Shown: positions 27,153 to 40,024 of the stretch, piece by piece | How the letters are laid out: each line of letters begins with the position of its first letter | Position numbering within the stretch: position 1 is the first letter of the stretch | Assembly (NCBI GenBank): GCA_965113315.1 | Contig: OZ220365.1 | Source: Podarcis vaucheri | Taxonomy: Eukaryota | Direction: 5' to 3' (one strand) | DNA length: 64,000 bases | Made by a program: the position numbers and the translations under genes | Notes under the pieces: model-generated | Database searches by the model: none | What the model was told of the DNA's origin: nothing | What the model saw: only the letters and a program-made list of their open reading frames with translations

Positions 27153-29655
27153 TAATTTGAAGTTTAGATGCACTGATCATGATGTTGTCCTACCATTAAA
27201 TGTACACTTGGTGGGCACAGTAAGAAGAGTGTTATCTGTTATTTTTCAAGATTTGTCCTCATCTTTAAAAGTATGGCTGAAACACTGGCCAGGAGCCAGA
27301 TCCTTAAAAGTCGGGGAATCTACCAATGAAAGGTGTGTGTGTGATCAGAAATTCCACTTGCCTAGCACCATCTTTCATGAATTCATGTAGCAATTTATTG
27401 CCTGCCTCTAACCTTCTCCTTCTTTTTAATATGATTATAAAGGAAAGTAAGAAAAATATTTCTCCAGTTCAGAAATTCTTATTATTCAACCCTGCCACAG
27501 AGCAGGCATCATCCTTATGTTGGCTTTTCATTATATGGTAATGGATGTTGCCACCTTTTTATGCCTAAATGTATGTAACTCGATGAAAATCAGTACATGT
27601 CACGTAGCAGTATGATTCCTTTTGCACCAGTATGCAAATGTAACTATGATTCCTGACCTGTAATCCCAGGAAAAAGCAATCCTACTGATTTGCCGCAGGA
27701 AAAACAAACAGGTTTATATCTCCTTTTCTTTTAGCTCCCCCTTGTGGATTCATAAATAATAAATGATTAAACTATAATAATGATTGCCAGTAGCTTATTT
27801 TGCCATTTCCTTAAAAAAAGGGGAAAAAGACACACAATATTTATTGCCTATTAAGCCCACCTTGTAAATTAGCCCACAATAATAGCCTGGGGGGTGTCTC
27901 ACAGAGACAGTGGGCCCTGTCTTTTCTACATTAGCCTGTTACATTTCTAGGCTTGGGTGCAGAGGAGAAACAGGGCTCTGCCTTGCGCACCTGCATGTAA
28001 TTCCTTGCTGTCTATGGCTGCCAGGCTGCAAGTCTCTGTTAAGAGGAGGTGAGAAGTGCAACTTTCATAGTACTAGGCAATTCTTTCTCCGAGTAAAAAT
28101 TCTGCTGCTTGTTTGGGTATTGATGCATTATGTCCTGATATATGGTAACTTTGCTTTTCCAGCAAGGTGATTTCTGCTCTTTCTTTTGCTCACCTTACTT
28201 GTACTAACTACTCTGGTTTGTTAGAATTTTATTCTATTTTAGCTTTTTTAGTGTTAACAGTGGTACCTGATTATTTTTGTACTTTAATTGTAATGTCTTG
28301 TTCCTGCTTTTCAATTAAGAGTGTGTGTGTTTGTAATCTCAAAAGTATCCCTGAAAGAAAAATAACACTGAAGGAAAATCAGGATCATAGAACCATCTAT
28401 TATAGGATCAAATCTGAGAATAAAACTATATATTTTAAACTCTCAACACTAACCGCCTCATAGTTTGTGAGCTTTCCTGCAGGTCTTCTCTTGCCAGTCA
28501 GTTCTTGGCATCGTGTGTCTGTCCTCACTGCTTGCCCCAAAGGCAAGGTGGCTCCTCCAGTTCCTTGGGAATTGCTTAGGTGTGGATTAGAAGTAAAATA
28601 GGGGAGATTGCCTCCCTTTTATAACCTTATTTAACTGGTGGGGTCAAGCACTCTGTCAAGCAGATTCCAGTCACTGTCTACATATTTGTTGTGGTGGTTA
28701 ATGATTTCCCACAGTACTTTCTGTGTCCAAAGTGCTTTGCTATTTCTGTCTTCTTAGCTCAATGTCCTATCTAAATAAATAACCACGACAGACAAGTATA
28801 ATCCCACTTCCACCCGTGCTGCTTACATTGGCCCTCCACTCATGAGTATTGGTTTCTATATGTCTCAAACTTAATCTCTTTTAACTCTCTAATAGGTTTT
28901 CAAATGTAGGCTCTCAGGATGCATGCAGAATGAGTACTGAGAAGCACTTTGTATGCTCTGGAAAATTGCTATATAAATGCTGAGTAAGACTAAGAATGTC
29001 TTTTTAACACCCCCACCCCCGTGCATATGACTAATTATTTACTAGTTCCATCCTTTTCCTTGTGTGCCCTATCAGAGACCTTTTTAAAAGAGGTGTGCTC
29101 ATGAGGGCTTTCTGGGCGATGAACATGGTTCTGTTTGACTTATCCTATGCTCCCGTTTCATTACTGAAGCGGGACTTGGTAAGTCCAGAAGTTTATTTCT
29201 GTGAACATGTTCATATGAAATTTGAAAAAAGCTGCCCATAGTGCAGATTTGAGGGGGTGCTGGACAAAGTACCCTCTGGTGGGCTCCCTCCCCTTTGGTG
29301 GGACCTGTAGGGCTTGCTTAGTGACCTCAGCAGTAGCAGTGTGCCAAGCAATGCAGTGGCTGGATCTTGTTGTCATTAAAATTTCCCAGTGCTCTGAAGC
29401 AATGCTGTCAGAAGCATTGTGGGAAATTAAAATGGTGGCTTGGAGAACAGGGCTGGGGAAAATAAAGAGAGGGGACAGCTGCTTAGGGTCCTGGAACTTG
29501 CTGAGGATGTGGGTGCTGATGCTGCGCATAGAAAAATGGTTTTCTACTCTCATAGAAAAATGGTTGCATACATTCAATTTTTGGCAGTGGGTTTTCAAAT
29601 AAAAATACCTGTTTAATGAGAGCTTAAAAGAACATGTCTTATGTTTTGTTCCTAG

Positions 29656-29754
29656 GTCATATGTCAACAGGTCTCAGATAAACATTTAGAGGAGGGCCGT
29701 TTGTATCCGCCTTTAGTTTCAATTCAAGATGTCTCTCTGAAAATTGCTGTGAAA
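29656..29754 (+). CDS. ME1: ME1 exon (~exon 13)
   Basis: cctag|GTC ATA...GTG AAA|gtaagt; VICQQVSDKHLEEGRLYPPLVSIQDVSLKIAVK; 99 nt. Confidence 0.95.
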
Positions 29755-29824
29755 GTAAGTACATTTTGTATTTCCTAATTAAGAATAGACTTCTTATGAT
29801 TTGTCAAAGACTGAAGGTGGATTT

Positions 29825-30030
29825 CATTATTTAATACATTTATATTTTCACCTTCTTCCAAGGATCTCAAGATAGGAATCAGTTTTCTCTCTTCCTTCCC
29901 CCTTTATCCTCAGAACAGCCCTATGAATTAGGTTGAGAGGAAGTGACTGGCATACAGTCATTTGGTGAGCTCCATGGCTGATTGGCAAGTTGAACCCAAG
30001 CCGTCCTAGGCCAATATTCCACTACACTGC
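29825..30030 (-). mobile_element. Old Squam3/MIR-like SINE (similar remnant near 16060-16240)
   Basis: ccactacactgc (rc of tRNA-like head), tgaaccc B-box rc, core tttatcctcagaacagccctatga. Confidence 0.55.
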
Positions 30031-31212
30031 ACAGAATATATGATTTCCCTGATGGGGTGAATAGCAGTTGCAGGGGTTTGGGAAAATGTCACTGGAGGAA
30101 AGGTTAACCAGTCCAAATTCACGAAAATGGAAAGGGATAGCAGACCATGGCTAAATCTCTAGTTTGGTCCTTGTGTGGTTGTGTCCTTGATCTTTCACCC
30201 TCTGGGCCTCATTTCCTTTTTATCTCCCAGGAGGTTGGTTTATTTTTATTGCTGAGCTGGATAGAGATAATCTTTCATGTAACGATCAGTCTTTGTTGTC
30301 AGTAAGCTTCTAATCATGAACTCATTCCCTCAGGCTTATGTAGTAATTGATTCCAACTGCATGTAGAAAGAGTTGTCATATTTCATCTCTCTTCAAGTTT
30401 ATAATATATATATATTATAGATGTTAAAACACACTTATGCAAGTTTCTCTGCGTAAATTCTCCAGCATTCTTTGTTTGGCAAAAACGTTTGTGAACAGCT
30501 CTAGAAAATTTGTTTTGTTATAGGAATAGTAATTTTGTTTAAGTTAGAAACAATAGTCAGTATAATTGATGGGTTTGTATTATCCATCTAGCTTTTAGTC
30601 TCCTGGTTTTTATCTGAAATGGAAATATTTAACTTGTAATGCTCTCCAGCCTAATAAAGCAAAAAGACACACAAGAAACACTAACATTTGACTTCATCTC
30701 ACCTTCATATGTAACACAGAAATATTTTCAAAAACATTCAGATATATTTTAGTAACCTACATTTATAGGGATATGTTCTTATATGTGAGAAAATGAATGC
30801 TTATCAACATGTATATAGAAAAGAAATGAGTATGCAACAAACCCCCATCAGTATTTCTGATCTAGAGTATTGGCGCTGTACCAATGGGAGGCAATTTCCT
30901 TCTCTATAAATTTAGCAGTTCTGATTAATTTTGAAAGCAAATTTCAGAGCAGAATATGTTGGGTTGATGAACTGGCATGACAGGATTGAAGATTTTCTCT
31001 TAAGTCAGCTCATGTTTGGTTTCTTAGGCTTTCCGAAATCATTTTGGCTACAATGAATATGTTTTGGTAAATTTATCTAGGTGGAGAGAATTGGATGCTT
31101 TCATACCTTGCTGTAGGGGGAAAGTATCCATTCTACTTGGATTTACAAAGAAACCTGTGCCTTGTGCATTAGAGATCTTTTTGCTGGAGTGACTATGAGG
31201 TATACTCTTAAG

Positions 31213-31530
31213 CATAGGTAGGCAAACTATGGCCCAGGGGCTGGATCCGGCCCAATCGCCTTCTAAATCCGGCCCAGGAATCAGCATGTTTTGACATGAG
31301 TAGAATGTGTCCTTTTATTTGAAATGCATCTCTGGGTTATTTGTGGGGCTTGCCTGGTGTTTTTACACAAGTAGGTGTGCTTTTATTTAAAATGCATCTC
31401 TGGGTTGTTTGTGGGGCATAGAAATTCGTTCATTCTCCCCCCCCCAAAAAAAAAAAAATAGTCCGCCCCCCCCCATAAGGTCTGAGGGACAGTGGACTGG
31501 CTCCCTGCTAAAAAAGTTTGCTGACCCCTG
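31213..31530. mobile_element. hAT-type non-autonomous element
   Basis: Termini cataggtaggcaaact / agtttgctgacccctg; 8-bp TSD ctcttaag / ctcttaaa; internal ~70-bp duplication. Confidence 0.8.
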
Positions 31531-32045
31531 CTCTTAAACATACTCTCTTAGAAATATGTCCCAAGGAAATCAGTGCCAGTTATGTCCACAGGCGGGGGTG
31601 GTGAGGACTGGGCTATAAAGAACCAGTTCACACATTATATTACCATTTTTCATCTAGAAAATGAGGAATGTGACCATGGCAAACATGTATACAAACACTT
31701 ACCATATGTGAACACCCACCAGAGAGCCCAAATTAACAGCAGCTCCCTGTTGAGAATGCATTCTGTGACAAACTTGGGGTTGTTTCTCCAAGTGTGAACT
31801 ACAACCCAACCGAGAAAAAGAATCTAAAGCAGAATTCATTTCAAGATGTATATTTTGCCAATCTCTTCCAGAAAATTGGGTGCATATTTTCATCTTTTCA
31901 TGGCTAGATTATAGCTTCATTGGTATCAGTCTGATAAGAATATGATACTTAATATCCAAAAATATAACTTTCTTCATTATACACTATGCTACCTCTCAGG
32001 TCAATGCAGAAGTCTAACAATGAGGGATTTGTCTTGCTCTCTCAG

Positions 32046-32213
32046 ATTGCAGAGAATGCCTACAGGAACAACACAGCCACTTTCCACCCTGAGCCAGAAG
32101 ACAAAGAAGCATTCATCCGCTCCCATATTTATAGCACTGACTATGAAAGCTTTCTGACAGACTCTTACACCTGGCCCCAAGAAGCCATGAAAATACAGAC
32201 TGGGAACTTTTAA
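32046..32213 (+). CDS. ME1: ME1 last coding exon (~exon 14)
   Basis: ctctcag|ATT GCA...TTT TAA; IAENAYRNNTATFHPEPEDKEAFIRSHIYSTDYESFLTDSYTWPQEAMKIQTGNF*. Confidence 0.95.
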   Translation: MAENAYRNNTATFHPEPEDKEAFIRSHIYSTDYESFLTDSYTWPQEAMKIQTGNF

Positions 32214-32431
32214 CAGAAAGACAGCAGCACTGCAACAATACTGGAAGCACTCAGTTATTTGGTAGCTTTCAACTTTTGTCAAATCATAGCACAATTTGTC
32301 AGAACTCAGGATATATTTGTTTTCTTTTCTAGCAGCACTGAATACTTTCTAAAGCCATGAAATTTTGGTAGAATTGTTAGTTATTTCACTTTAAGCTAAT
32401 TAATTAAGCTAAAATAGCACGTGCCTAAGAG

Positions 32432-32437
32432 AATAAA
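32432..32437 (+). terminator. Candidate ME1 polyadenylation signal
   Basis: AATAAA ~220 nt after the ME1 stop, followed by T-rich sequence. Confidence 0.5.
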
Positions 32438-33754
32438 AATCAATTTAGGCAGTTTTTAAATATTTCTTTTGAAGGGGCTCTGCTAAATTTACTACAGAGC
32501 AGTACTGTAGAAGCACATTTACAATGTACTTTTCATATACTTAGACATCTGTATGAAATTATGGTCATATATTACAGTTCTGCGCTTAAGTTCAGATGAA
32601 ATTTTTTTGCAAACAAATGACAAAGCAATATATCATCAGTATGATCAGTTTAAAAGCGTCTCAGCTATTTCTTTTAATATTTTTCTGGTGACACCTATAG
32701 AAAAAGGAAGATAAAAAGCTAAGTACTTCTAACCATAAGTTTTTTCATGCCAGATCAAATGTTCCTAATCAAGGAAAAGTAGTTTGGGTCAGTAGTTTGC
32801 TAGGCATGTGCACATTTTTAACAGAGAAGCCATCCGGTAAACCAATGACAAAGAGGCATCAGTCAGGAAGGTTACTGGATGTTCCGTAGCGTAACTACCC
32901 ATGCCTTAGTGAATGAGCATGTGAACTATGCAATGTCTGGTACAACATCCAAAAGAGGTGCTCGTGTATCTTCTAATATATAGCCTTTGTACAGTTTGGG
33001 CTTGAGATAACAATTTTTTTTATTTTATTTTTTTGTGGACATGCTACTTTGTGGCACAGCTTGAATATCTGCAAACTTTAGTTAATGGTGCTGGAAATTA
33101 TGTTTATTTGAAGCGCTAGAGCACAGATGGACAACCTGAGTGCAGCCCTCTTGTCCTACAACCTTGTCCCCAATGCATCCTTGGCATCTACTGTGAGCTA
33201 CCAGTGGCGAAACAGATTACTCAATTCCTGCCCCAACTGCTTCCTTTCCTTCTTTCTAGGCTGGGAAAAAGGAGCCTCTTTCCCTCCACCCACCTTGGAA
33301 GGAAAACTGAAAGGAAGGTGTGTGAATGGGGGAGATGGCGATACAAGGGAAATGGGGAGTGAATGGGTTGCTGTGAGTGCATGTTTGTGAGAGAAAATGA
33401 ATAGAAGGGATGGAATTGATGATGGCTTAAGGAAGGACAGAAAAAACAGGTGTGCCCACTCACTTTGGCCCTGGCCACTGCTAGTGCCCTCAACCATTTC
33501 CCCCTTCACCTCAAAAATATTGTCCACTCCTTCCCCTAGACACCTTAGATTGTGGGGAACAATGCCTATCAGGATTGGACTTAGATGCAGCATTCATCTG
33601 GCTCAGTACAAATCAAGCCCCCTTACTCTTGCAGCCAATTTGAGAAGTTTTGCTCTGAACAAAATTACAAACTGATGTGCTAACTGTTCAAATACTAAAC
33701 AAAGATTCTGTGCGTGCCCTTTTAAGTTACTTGTCACATTCACTCATCCATACT

Positions 33755-33760
33755 TTTATT
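33755..33760 (-). terminator. Candidate RWDD2A polyadenylation signal
   Basis: tttatt (AATAAA on minus) ~75 nt past the RWDD2A stop. Confidence 0.5.
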
Positions 33761-33833
33761 TTCTTGCGGCAGATTCAGAGATGGATTTCATTTCTATTAA
33801 GAGAGACAAGAAAATTAAAAACATAGCTTATTG

Positions 33834-34511
33834 TTAGTTGTCAGTACATTTGCCTTCAATGCCAAACAAGATCTGAAATACATGCTCACTTTGATAACCC
33901 TTAAGGAATTCTAGGAACTGTCCAAGGTCCATGTGATAGTCATTCCTCAGGCCGTAGTCACCATGGGCTTGAAACTGTAAATCTTCAAAAGTTTGAAAGA
34001 GACGTAGGTTATCCCCATTTCCGTCAGTCTCTCTATTCTCGACATGTTTGCAGGAAATGTGTTTCCAGTTGGGATATCTAATAACGTGCCAAAATTCTTC
34101 ACAGTTTTCTTTGACACCTTCCACACAAATGATTCCAGGCTTGCCAGTTAGGCAGAAACCAGTCAGATTTAATTTCTTTGCACAATCAAAAATCTTTTTC
34201 CTTAGTTCTTGTCTATAGATGTGGTGGCTGTAAATCCACATCCGGCTGAATAACGTTTTAAGCACGCTCTCCCTTGGCACATTTTCGCAGTGGAGTTTGC
34301 TGTTTTGTAAGTAGCTTATGCTGTTGTCTCGCAACCATTGCACAGCAGCACATACACAAAGTTCTCCTGGTTCCAAAGAAGCAATGTAAGAAGCGAGATC
34401 CTTATTGAGCTGCAGTTGTTGCTGCCTGTCTACAGCACTTGATCTTGCAAAAAGGTGTGGTGGCACCTGGGGGTAGTCATGAGGTAGGGCTACCTGCAAA
34501 TTTACTCTTGC
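33834..34511 (-). CDS. RWDD2A: RWD domain-containing protein 2A, second coding exon
   Basis: ttttag|GCA AGA GTA AAT TTG CAG...; 678 nt including stop; [14 protein letters not shown]...[10 protein letters not shown]...[10 protein letters not shown]...[17 protein letters not shown]...*, matching the known RWDD2A sequence. Confidence 0.96.
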   Translation of the reverse strand, partial: ARVNLQVALPHDYPQVPPHLFARSSAVDRQQQLQLNKDLASYIASLEPGELCVCAAVQWLRDNSISYLQNSKLHCENVPRESVLKTLFSRMWIYSHHIYRQELRKKIFDCAKKLNLTGFCLTGKPGIICVEGVKENCEEFWHVIRYPNWKHISCKHVENRETDGNGDNLRLFQTFEDLQFQAHGDYGLRNDYHMDLGQFLEFLKGYQSEHVFQILFGIEGKCTDN

Positions 34512-34586
34512 CTAAAATTAAAAAGCAAACACACGTTCACAAACTTGCCAGTCTTCAGTGACTGCTTTGCATGCAGCACATCACAG

Positions 34587-34815
34587 TACAGTGCAGCACC
34601 TCTTGTTACGTTTGCTTCAGGTTGCGTCCCACAGCAAACCGGAAGTACCAGAAATGGTTACTTCTGGGTTTCGCTGCATGCAGACGCGCAAAATGACGTC
34701 ACACGCATGCGCAGAAGCGGCGAATCACGGCCCGCGCAGACGCGGGTTGCGTTTTGCTCATGTTGCGAACAGGGCTCCAGAACGGATCCCGTTTGCAACC
34801 AGAGATACCACTGTA
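34587..34815. mobile_element. Tc1/mariner (Tigger-like) MITE in the RWDD2A coding intron
   Basis: TA-cagtgcagcacctc...gagataccactg-TA; same family as 8892-9100. Confidence 0.8.
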
Positions 34816-35052
34816 TTGTAATTTAATACAGAAGTGACTAAATGAAGCATGAATGGCTGAGGTTAACTCCAACTGTGGGCATGCCATATAGTACACTGGC
34901 TTAAGTTAATATAGTGGCTCAATACAATACATGTTGGCTTTATTGAAGGTAGAAATGCTTGCACAAATATTTAATAATTAAGTAAAATATTATGTTTTTT
35001 AAAAGGTAATAAAGCAAAGAAAAACATCCCAACCCAAAACAGATTATCTCAC

Positions 35053-35253
35053 CTTTGGTTCATCAATAGTAACGGCAACTGAATATTCAATTATATGTGG
35101 TAGATTTTCACTTGTATTGTTCAGATATTTCTGAGCATTAAGGAAGTTACTTTCATCCTGAAGAGTTATTTCTCCTTTATCAGGAAACATAGAAAAAAGC
35201 ATTTCTAATTCTGCCATTTGAAGTTCAAGTCTTTCTTTTATTATGCTGGACAT
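35053..35253 (-). CDS. RWDD2A: RWDD2A first coding exon (exon 35277-35053 includes 24 nt of 5' UTR)
   Basis: Acceptor cctgcag at 35278; ATG at 35253; MSSIIKERLELQMAELEMLFSMFP...IDEPK|gtgaga; 67 codons, giving a 292 aa spliced protein. Confidence 0.94.
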
Positions 35254-38200
35254 TGTTACAGATGTGAAGTCAGCCACCTGCAGGTGGGAGAGAGCGTATC
35301 AATAATGTTGTTCTTATGTCTACTAATATTCTCTCCCACCCACCCCACAATACAGATTGTAAAGTAATTGATAAAAGTTGTCCAAGCCGGAACAAAATAG
35401 TTTTGAACAAATGAAACACTCCTTTAACTTTGTGATAACAATGAAGCCTATAATCCTCAACAAGATTTAGGTTTTGGGTCCAAGGAGTTCAAAGAGACTA
35501 GTTGCACAAATAAAACCAAGGCCATAAATGCATCCAGTTCTAACATTAAGAAACGCATGAAGTGAATTACAATGGACATGAAGAATCCCAACAAGATGTG
35601 GAAGCAGCTGAAGACCTAGTGCTAATATTATTATTGATTCATGCATTCAATTTTGCTCTGGTCATAAAATTGCAAACGTTAATGACTATCCAGTTTCCAC
35701 AGTGAAAATCATATCCATGCAAAGTATCCTGAGTGTTGTTTGCAGTGAAAGCACATTGTACTTTTAAGTGGTTCTCTTACTGCCTTCTCTTCCTTCTTAA
35801 TGTATTGTCTTTGGCTGGAAGCTAATAACAGTTGTTGGCCAGGTTTGCACAAAATGGTAAGTCAAACTATGGCACACTGGGATCTCATGAATGTGCAAGT
35901 TCTTGGAGATGAGCTTGCGGCCACTTTGCTCCTGCCTGTTCATTTTTGCTGCCAAGTAAACAAACCTAGGCCTCTTTCTAGGAGTCATTAGAGAGTAGAG
36001 TGTGTTACACTCAGGTCCTCTGGGGCTTTCCATAGGCATCTGGTTGCCCACTAAACAGACAGGATGTTGGACTAGATGGGCCAATGGCCTGGTCCAACAG
36101 GCTCTTTTGTTTTAAGTAAAAAGGACCAGGAAAGAGCAAAGCAGCTGTAAGCTTATCTCCAGCAGCTGGTGCCTAGTTAAAGACGTCTTGGTTTGAAGCA
36201 TTGTTAGGAACTCAGATATATAATCTAGGCGCCAAATGGCTCCTTAAACCAAGGTTACTGTCGCCTAAAGGGAATGTCTAGTTGCTATTTTTGGGCAAGA
36301 CGGCTCTAGTCTTATTTTTCAAATGATGGATTGACTGTGATGGCTTATCAGTTAAACATCTGGCTAGTTCATATGGTGACCTTCAGCTAGGTTAAGAATT
36401 TTGAGAACTTAAAGAAAAGTCACTTGATCCAGGGACAGTGCACATATATATTGGTCTGTTCCTACCTCTTTTTCTCAGTGGTGACATTCATAACATAAGG
36501 ATATTTTTCACAACCGTGAGCAGGGTGGTGGGGTAAGTGAAGACAAGCTTTAACAGTTAACTACAACGTTGATCACCGCTCTTGCTCAGGCTGCACAGAA
36601 AAAGCATTTTGGTTCCTGAAATTAATTCTGATTGTGCAGATAAAATATAACTGATTCAATGATTCCCAGACATGCATCTCCAAATGGTGAAGATGTCAGG
36701 TGGCATCCTGGCATCTTCACTTGGTTGCGAACGGCTGATAATCAGGTACAAAAGGCACCTGGCAAATTTCGAACACTGGTTAGAAGATATTGACATCCAC
36801 ATTTGAACAACATATGCCTCAAATACCACTTTCAAGGTGGGCTCCCCAAACCAGAGAAGTCAACTGATGGGTTTCCACCTTAACTCCTCTGTAATGTATT
36901 GTAAGCTGCTCACATTTGTTCTGAGAGTCCAATACAAACAATGAATGTTCCATAGAGGCTCAGCTAGAGCGCTCTCCAGTCAGGTTTGACTCAGCTTTGC
37001 CAGGCTATCATATGTGGCTAAGATAGTGACCCTTCACTTTAACTTGCAAATCCCACCCAGTGACTTGTGATGCAAGCACATCATCACATAGTAGGCAGAT
37101 GTTCTGTAGAAGGTAGGCGGGACCAAACAATAGCAGATGAAAACCAATGTACCACTTGCTTTTGTCAGCAGTTCCCCCCACCCCAGCTGTATGATCTTAC
37201 TGTTTTTATGTGGCAGTTCCGGTTGCAATTTAAAAATGTAAGATTTGCCCTTCTGGGTCAGATCAAAAGTCCATCTAATTTAGGAATGGGAGTCTGTAGC
37301 CTCTGAGGTGTTTTTGGTGTATGTAGCCTTTGAGGTGTTCTCATCAGCCCTAGTCAAACCTAGCCATAGTCAGCAACAACAGATGTTTAGTTCTGCAACA
37401 ACTGGAAGGCCCCAGGTTACCTATCCCTGATCTAATGAAAATTCTCTCTGCTGATGAACAACCAAATGTCTCAAGAAGTACAATACAATGTATTCACCTC
37501 TCTTTTAGACCTCACAGTATATGAAGGCTTAGTAATCTATACCGTGTCCAGTTTAGAGTACCCCGCCCCTTCTTCATCTTAGATCCAACATGTGTACAAT
37601 CCGTACAACTGCATACATGAATAGTTCAGGTGTACACTTGTAGTTATTAAAATATAACATTCAACTCACACCAACTGCATATCTTTATGCGCAACAGTGG
37701 AACTGTACAAAAATGATCAAGGGCACACTTTCAGACAAACGTGTACGCACGTATACTGTACACAGCTTGTAACGTTCAGCTTAACGTGTGAACAAGGTTC
37801 CAATGCGGAGAAATCACGTGGTGCACACTCCGCGCAGTCCCAAAACTGCTAAGCAGCAGGCTGCCCTCTCTTGTGAGCCCTTGCCGTGGGATAATAATAA
37901 TTGCTGAAGCCAGACAAGAGGCTCCACCAGCGGTATCTGAGAGCGGGAGGCATCGGCAAATCCTCCAGCGGCCATTACTCGCCCTTACAGCTGTCGGTGC
38001 GGAATTAAAATGGCTCCGCCCCCTCCCTCCAATAAGCACGCGGCGGAGGACGTTGCGAAGCCCATCAAAAGGAACCGGCCGCCAGATCCCTCAACACCGG
38101 GAGCGAGGCCAAGCAGCCCACGCTCTTAGGGACGAAGCGAGTGATTGGCTCGTTCCTTCAGAGGCAAAGGGAGCACAGCGTCTCGCGGCGGGGATCCTCC

Positions 38201-38575
38201 GAACCAACGTACCTCTTGGGAGGCCCGCGCATGCGAACGACCACGCCCCCCTCGCGCGAATGGAAACACCTGAGCAGCCACGTGATCCCAGGAGGCGAAA
38301 TGTTGGCGGCGCGAGCGCCTTTCTTGGGCATGCGCGTCGCTTAAAGGAGGGCTTGGGCTTCGCGCGCGCGAAGGGAGCCTCAGTGGCAGGCGCAGCGGAG
38401 GGAGGTTTGAATTCAAATTCTATATGAACCGTGTTGCCTGCGGTTAAGATACGTTACTGTTTCATTTTATTTTTTCGCCCTGAGCTCACTGGGAAGCGGG
38501 GCCTGTTCGTTTTAAAAGCCAGGCTTGCCGCTTCCTAGAGGGGACAAGTAGGCCCCACCCGGAGCACGGCCTTAC

Positions 38576-38800
38576 TTCTGAGGAAGCCCGGCAAAGGACT
38601 GGCCAAGGCTGCCCCAGCTGAAGCTCGCGGGCGGTCGCTCTCTCTCTCTCCTGCCAAAGGCTGGAAACCGCGGGAGGGAGAGGGCCCTTGGGCTCCAATC
38701 CTGCTTGCGCGCTTCCCACAGGCCTAATCCAGCGGGGCTGCGCTCGCTGTCCTTATGGCGCCGCGCGCGTTTGCCAAGGCGGATCCAGCCAAGCCCGGGA
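38576..38800 (-). other. RWDD2A: Probable non-coding first exon of RWDD2A (5' end approximate)
   Basis: Minus-strand donor cagaa|gtaagg at 38575; alternative ca|gtgagc near 38489; the acceptor at 35278 requires an upstream exon. Confidence 0.45.
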
Positions 38801-38949
38801 GACGAGATTCCTGCCGCGCTCGAATGCCACGAGTCCGACGAGCCCGAGTTACGCGTCGAGGCTGCGCGGGTGGAAGCGGCTCGCTTCGCTCGGCCCAATG
38901 GGAGGCGGAGACGCCCGAAGCCCCGCCCCTGCGGCTGCCGGCGATAGGC

Positions 38950-39056
38950 GCAGCCGGCGAGCGAGGCTGCTTCGGAGCTTCCCGGAAGGGCGAGTTGGAT
39001 GCTTCCGAGGAACAGCCACGTCCGCTCGCAGAACTCCTCCAGGGCGTTGCAGGTCG
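38950..39056 (+). other. PGM3: Probable non-coding first exon of PGM3 (5' end approximate)
   Basis: Downstream of CCAAT and GC boxes; ends in strong donor tcg|gtaagt (GT at 39057); the next exon starts 2 nt before the ATG. Confidence 0.7.
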
Positions 39057-40024
39057 GTAAGTGGGGTGGCTTCGTTTGTTTGGGCTTGTTCAAGGCGGTA
39101 AAAAGAAAGGTGTGCCCCCAAACTGGGTGAGTGGGCGTTAAAACGGTAGACGCCGTTTAGCCTAAGCAAGAGTTAAGTAATGCACTTTGGGGTAAGTATA
39201 TTTGCTAGGTTTTCTGAGCTGGCAGTGACCGACCAGGAAGGAGTTGTTGGGCTTGCAAGTGTGAAGCCCCCGCAGCGTGCAGGAGGTATGAAAAAAAGAG
39301 AATTCCATATTAGAGATCATTATAAAAGTCTATAGTGTGACAGTACTTGGAATACTGTGTACGACATCTCAAAAAAAAAAAAAATGATACCATAGTCCTG
39401 GAAAGGGCTTTCAAAATTATCAAGGGGCAGGAACAACAACTCTCTGAGGAAAGGTTTCAGTTTTAGAGGTTTCTTGTTTAGTGGGGGGGGGGGACTAGTG
39501 GTGTAGGATTGAAGTTCAAAGCCACCCTCTGGTGTCATTGCTGCTTACTTGGACATAGGTGGGTGGGGCACAATGAAAGCAAGTTTGGTTTTGTTGGGAT
39601 GTACCAGCTAGATGGTCATCATGACTACTAGAGTCATAGGCTTTTTAAAGCTAGCTTGTTTAATTCCTCCAGGTGGGCCAACCACCCTTTCTACACACTT
39701 TTCCATTGCTTAAGGTAGATGCATATTGCATTCCGTGCAAATACATCCCTTGGTGGTTCGTGATAAGAAATTGCAATACTGTAAAATACAAAGTAAACCT
39801 ACAGTTAAAGCAAAGGTACCTCCAATATCACCACAACTACAACTAATCACTCTGAAATAATCAGTGTTGGAATACAGATGCTGTTGATGTTGCATTTAGG
39901 AGTGTGAAAACAGAAAGTTAACTCTGTCTTGTAACCAATTTCTTCCAACCACTGATACTTTGGACTGGTTAGTCTGAGATAGTGGGATAGTTAATTCAGT
40001 GTGCTAGTCTGTGTGCAAGCCAGG

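Larger units (their letters stand above)
37790..39170. promoter_or_regulatory. CpG island / bidirectional promoter of RWDD2A (-) and PGM3 (+)
   Basis: Sharp rise in GC and CpG between two divergent genes; GC boxes (ccccgccc ~38921), CCAAT boxes (~38143 rc, ~38695, ~38896), NRF1-like gcgcatgcg (38227), E-boxes cacgtg (37815, 38279). Confidence 0.9.

Noticed and set aside
35044-35277. ORF-track start MADFTSVT for RWDD2A
   Set aside because: It begins at a GTG exactly at the splice acceptor; the ATG homologous to known RWDD2A is at 35253.
37776-39169. Many overlapping long ORFs (up to 184 aa) in the GC-rich region
   Set aside because: Expected from stop-codon scarcity in a CpG island; Arg/Ala/Pro-rich, no recognisable domains, mostly non-ATG starts.
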